This document shows, piece after piece, positions 62,334 through 64,000 of a stretch of DNA of 64,000 nucleotides. The stretch covers positions 5,456,001-5,520,000 of the forward strand of contig CATNEN010000029.1 in the NCBI GenBank assembly GCA_950097015.1, given 5' to 3'. The position numbers and the translations under genes are program-made. The notes under the pieces are model-generated. The model ran no database searches and had not been told where the DNA came from. It saw only the letters and a list, made by a program, of their open reading frames with translations. Positions within the stretch are counted from its first letter, which is position 1, and each line of letters opens with the position of its first letter. This stretch comes from Macrostomum hystrix. Its lineage: Eukaryota; Animalia; Platyhelminthes.

Positions 62334-63526
62334 ATGAGCAGCAGGCACCAGCGCCGTCAGTGTCCACGCCTGCTGGACTATGTGGTCCTGGTGGGCCCAG
62401 ATTCGCAGGCCATTGTTTCTGGATCGGACCCAGCCTACACGCGACCCCGCCTCCTTCGTCGCTATCCACCCCTTGATCACGCCGACTTTTGTCTACCGCC
62501 AGACATTGTGCACTTTTGCCAGCCGACCGCCTCTTGGCCAACAGCGTCTGGCAGGAGCTTCGCCTTCACCCTCACGGAGAAGGACTCGGGCATTGTGCGC
62601 CACGGCGCGTGCCTGGCATTCTCTGTTGGCTCTCCGCCGCGCCCACTCAGCCTGTGCGCCGTTGCTCATCATGCGTTCTACGCAAAGCTGACCGAGTGCC
62701 TGCGAGTGCTGCGAGCCATTGTGGACGGATTCGGGTGCGTCGGGGTCATTATGGGCGATGGGAGAATAAACCAGTTTTTAGTGTTCAAAATTGTCACTGG
62801 CTGAGTGACAAAAGCCCTAAAAGAAACTATGACTAAATGAATGCTCTGAGATCTCAGCGATAAAGCTTCAGAAGGGAAATTGAACCTTCAGGAAAGCTCA
62901 ACCTGCTCCAGCCTCCAGTTCTCACAAACTGGTCTGCCTTCTCATTTCCTGGGAAGCAGCTTAACTGTACCTTTACTGTACATCTGTGTGCTTGCAGCCT
63001 ATCAATGTAGATAAAGAGTCTCTAAAAAATAAATTTTCACTTTTACACACTCTAGAGCATGCCCTTATACTATGAGTAGCATAGTCGGGTTTTCGCACCG
63101 AATTCCCTGAGCTCGGATCCGCATCGAAGTTTAGAGCAAACCCCAAAGGCACAGTGAGTGTTAATTGCCTGACGATGAGACAGTCATGACATATGTACTC
63201 ACCCTATGTGAGTGTATGCGTGCGTACAGAATCGCTTAGGCTGAAGATGCAAAGGATCGGCAGGCAGCCCAATGATGCGTCATTGCCCACAGCCACTGTA
63301 AACATTGGACCAATTGTCTATTACTATGAGTAGGATAGTAGCACAGTGCGTACATTCCATTGCCTCCAAACAAACCGACAGTGACTCAGTGTGGCCTCTG
63401 CTGACCGGCTGGCTGGCCCCGGATTCTGCCAGGGAGCCGGCCCTAAGCAATGCCCGCTCAGTGGAAACCTGGATTCTCCGCCTCCTGTCCGCTCCTGCAC
63501 CTGTGCCAGGCGTCTCCAAGCTACAG
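62334..63526 (+). CDS. MADD: MAP kinase-activating death domain protein / Rab3 GEF (MADD, AEX-3), 5' part; exons 62334..62734 and 63382..63526, continuing beyond the window
   Basis: CPRLLDYVVLVG...LLRRYPPLDHADFCLPPDIVHFCQP...SFAFTLTEKDSGIVRHGAC...SLCAVAHHAFY...ECLRVL (uDENN) and VETWILRLLSAPAPVPG match MADD. The phase-2 junction is consistent; donor GTGAGC at 63527. Confidence 0.9.
63070..63220 (+). mobile_element. Diverged SINE, copy 4 (MADD intron)
   Basis: A-box-like TAGCATAGTCGG, B-box-like GCTCGGATCC, and core ttgcctgacgatgagacagtc similar to ctgcctgacaatgagaaagtc of copy 3. Confidence 0.5.
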
Positions 63527-63664
63527 GTGAGCAAATTTTTCCGTCTTATACCCCTCACCGGTATTTTAAATATCCACAATTTTTTCTGTATCTCCCAAAA
63601 GTATTCAACCAATCGTCATGAAAATGCAGAACACGGGCAAAAATTTTCGCTCTATCCGATGAAA

Positions 63665-63907
63665 CGTCTTCCAGAATCACCAAACATCTTCCAGAATCAG
63701 CAAACATCTTCCAGAATCACCAAACATCTTCCAGAATCACCAAACATCTTCCAGAATCACCAAACATCTTCCAGAATCACCAAACATCTTCCAGAATCAG
63801 CAAACATCTTCCAGAATCACCAAACATCTTCCAGAATCACCAAACATCTTCCAGAATCACCAAACATCTTCCAGAATCACCAAACATCTTCCAGAATCAA
63901 CAAACAT
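63665..63907. repeat. 20-bp minisatellite (ccaaacatcttccagaatca), about 12 copies, MADD intron 2
   Basis: Tandem units visible. Confidence 0.96.
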
Positions 63908-64000
63908 CGGCATCGTCGAGATATTCAACGATTCTCGTCGGGGTGTCTGGTGGCAAAAACCATAAATTTAGACACAATTCTTCTGCTCACAAAATTTCAT

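Noticed and set aside
549-63907. Many array units contain short inverted repeats (e.g. cagtg-N7-cactg, ctcgg-gtgt-ccgag, tctag-N6-ctaga)
   Set aside because: A rough expectation for a 22-nt unit is about 50% for a 4-bp stem and about 15-20% for a 5-bp stem with a short loop, similar to what I observed, so there is no evidence of enrichment.
549-63907. Apparent strand bias of arrays (C-rich sense strand, donor-like motifs antisense, YAG on sense)
   Set aside because: There are about 10 cases for and 5 against, and YAG is expected by chance in most units of this length; too weak without genome-wide counts.

Overview
Eukaryotic (metazoan) genomic DNA with spliceosomal GT-AG introns, GC-rich Ala/Pro-rich exons and AT-rich spacers. 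Many introns are filled with their own 13-45 bp minisatellite. This style resembles a free-living flatworm such as Macrostomum (inference from composition only). I could build frame-consistent exon models for nine genes: the 3' end of Mondo/ChREBP (MLXIP family, +), a compact MAP1/futsch (-, 6 coding exons), a small Shisa-like single-pass membrane protein (-), CCDC89 (-), AGBL4/CCP6 (-), an intronless SQSTM1/p62 (+), WIP/verprolin (-), LDB1/Chip (-) and the 5' end of MADD (+). Also present: about 22 distinct tandem arrays, two decayed RTE-type LINE fragments, a tRNA-headed SINE family (4 copies), a hAT-like MITE and an unexplained 2.7 kb island between LDB1 and MADD. Most ORFs in the supplied track are repeat translations or antisense shadows. 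Best leads: intron-private minisatellites, including one apparently seeded from a LINE target-site duplication and one forming a stop-free in-frame intron in Mondo; a recursive-splice-like AG|GTGAGT exon in MAP1; a perfect ChoRE and a dense CACGTG cluster inside the Shisa-like intron; and a p62 lacking canonical LIR/KIR motifs. Protein identifications come from my recall of family motifs, not from database searches. Array boundaries are approximate.
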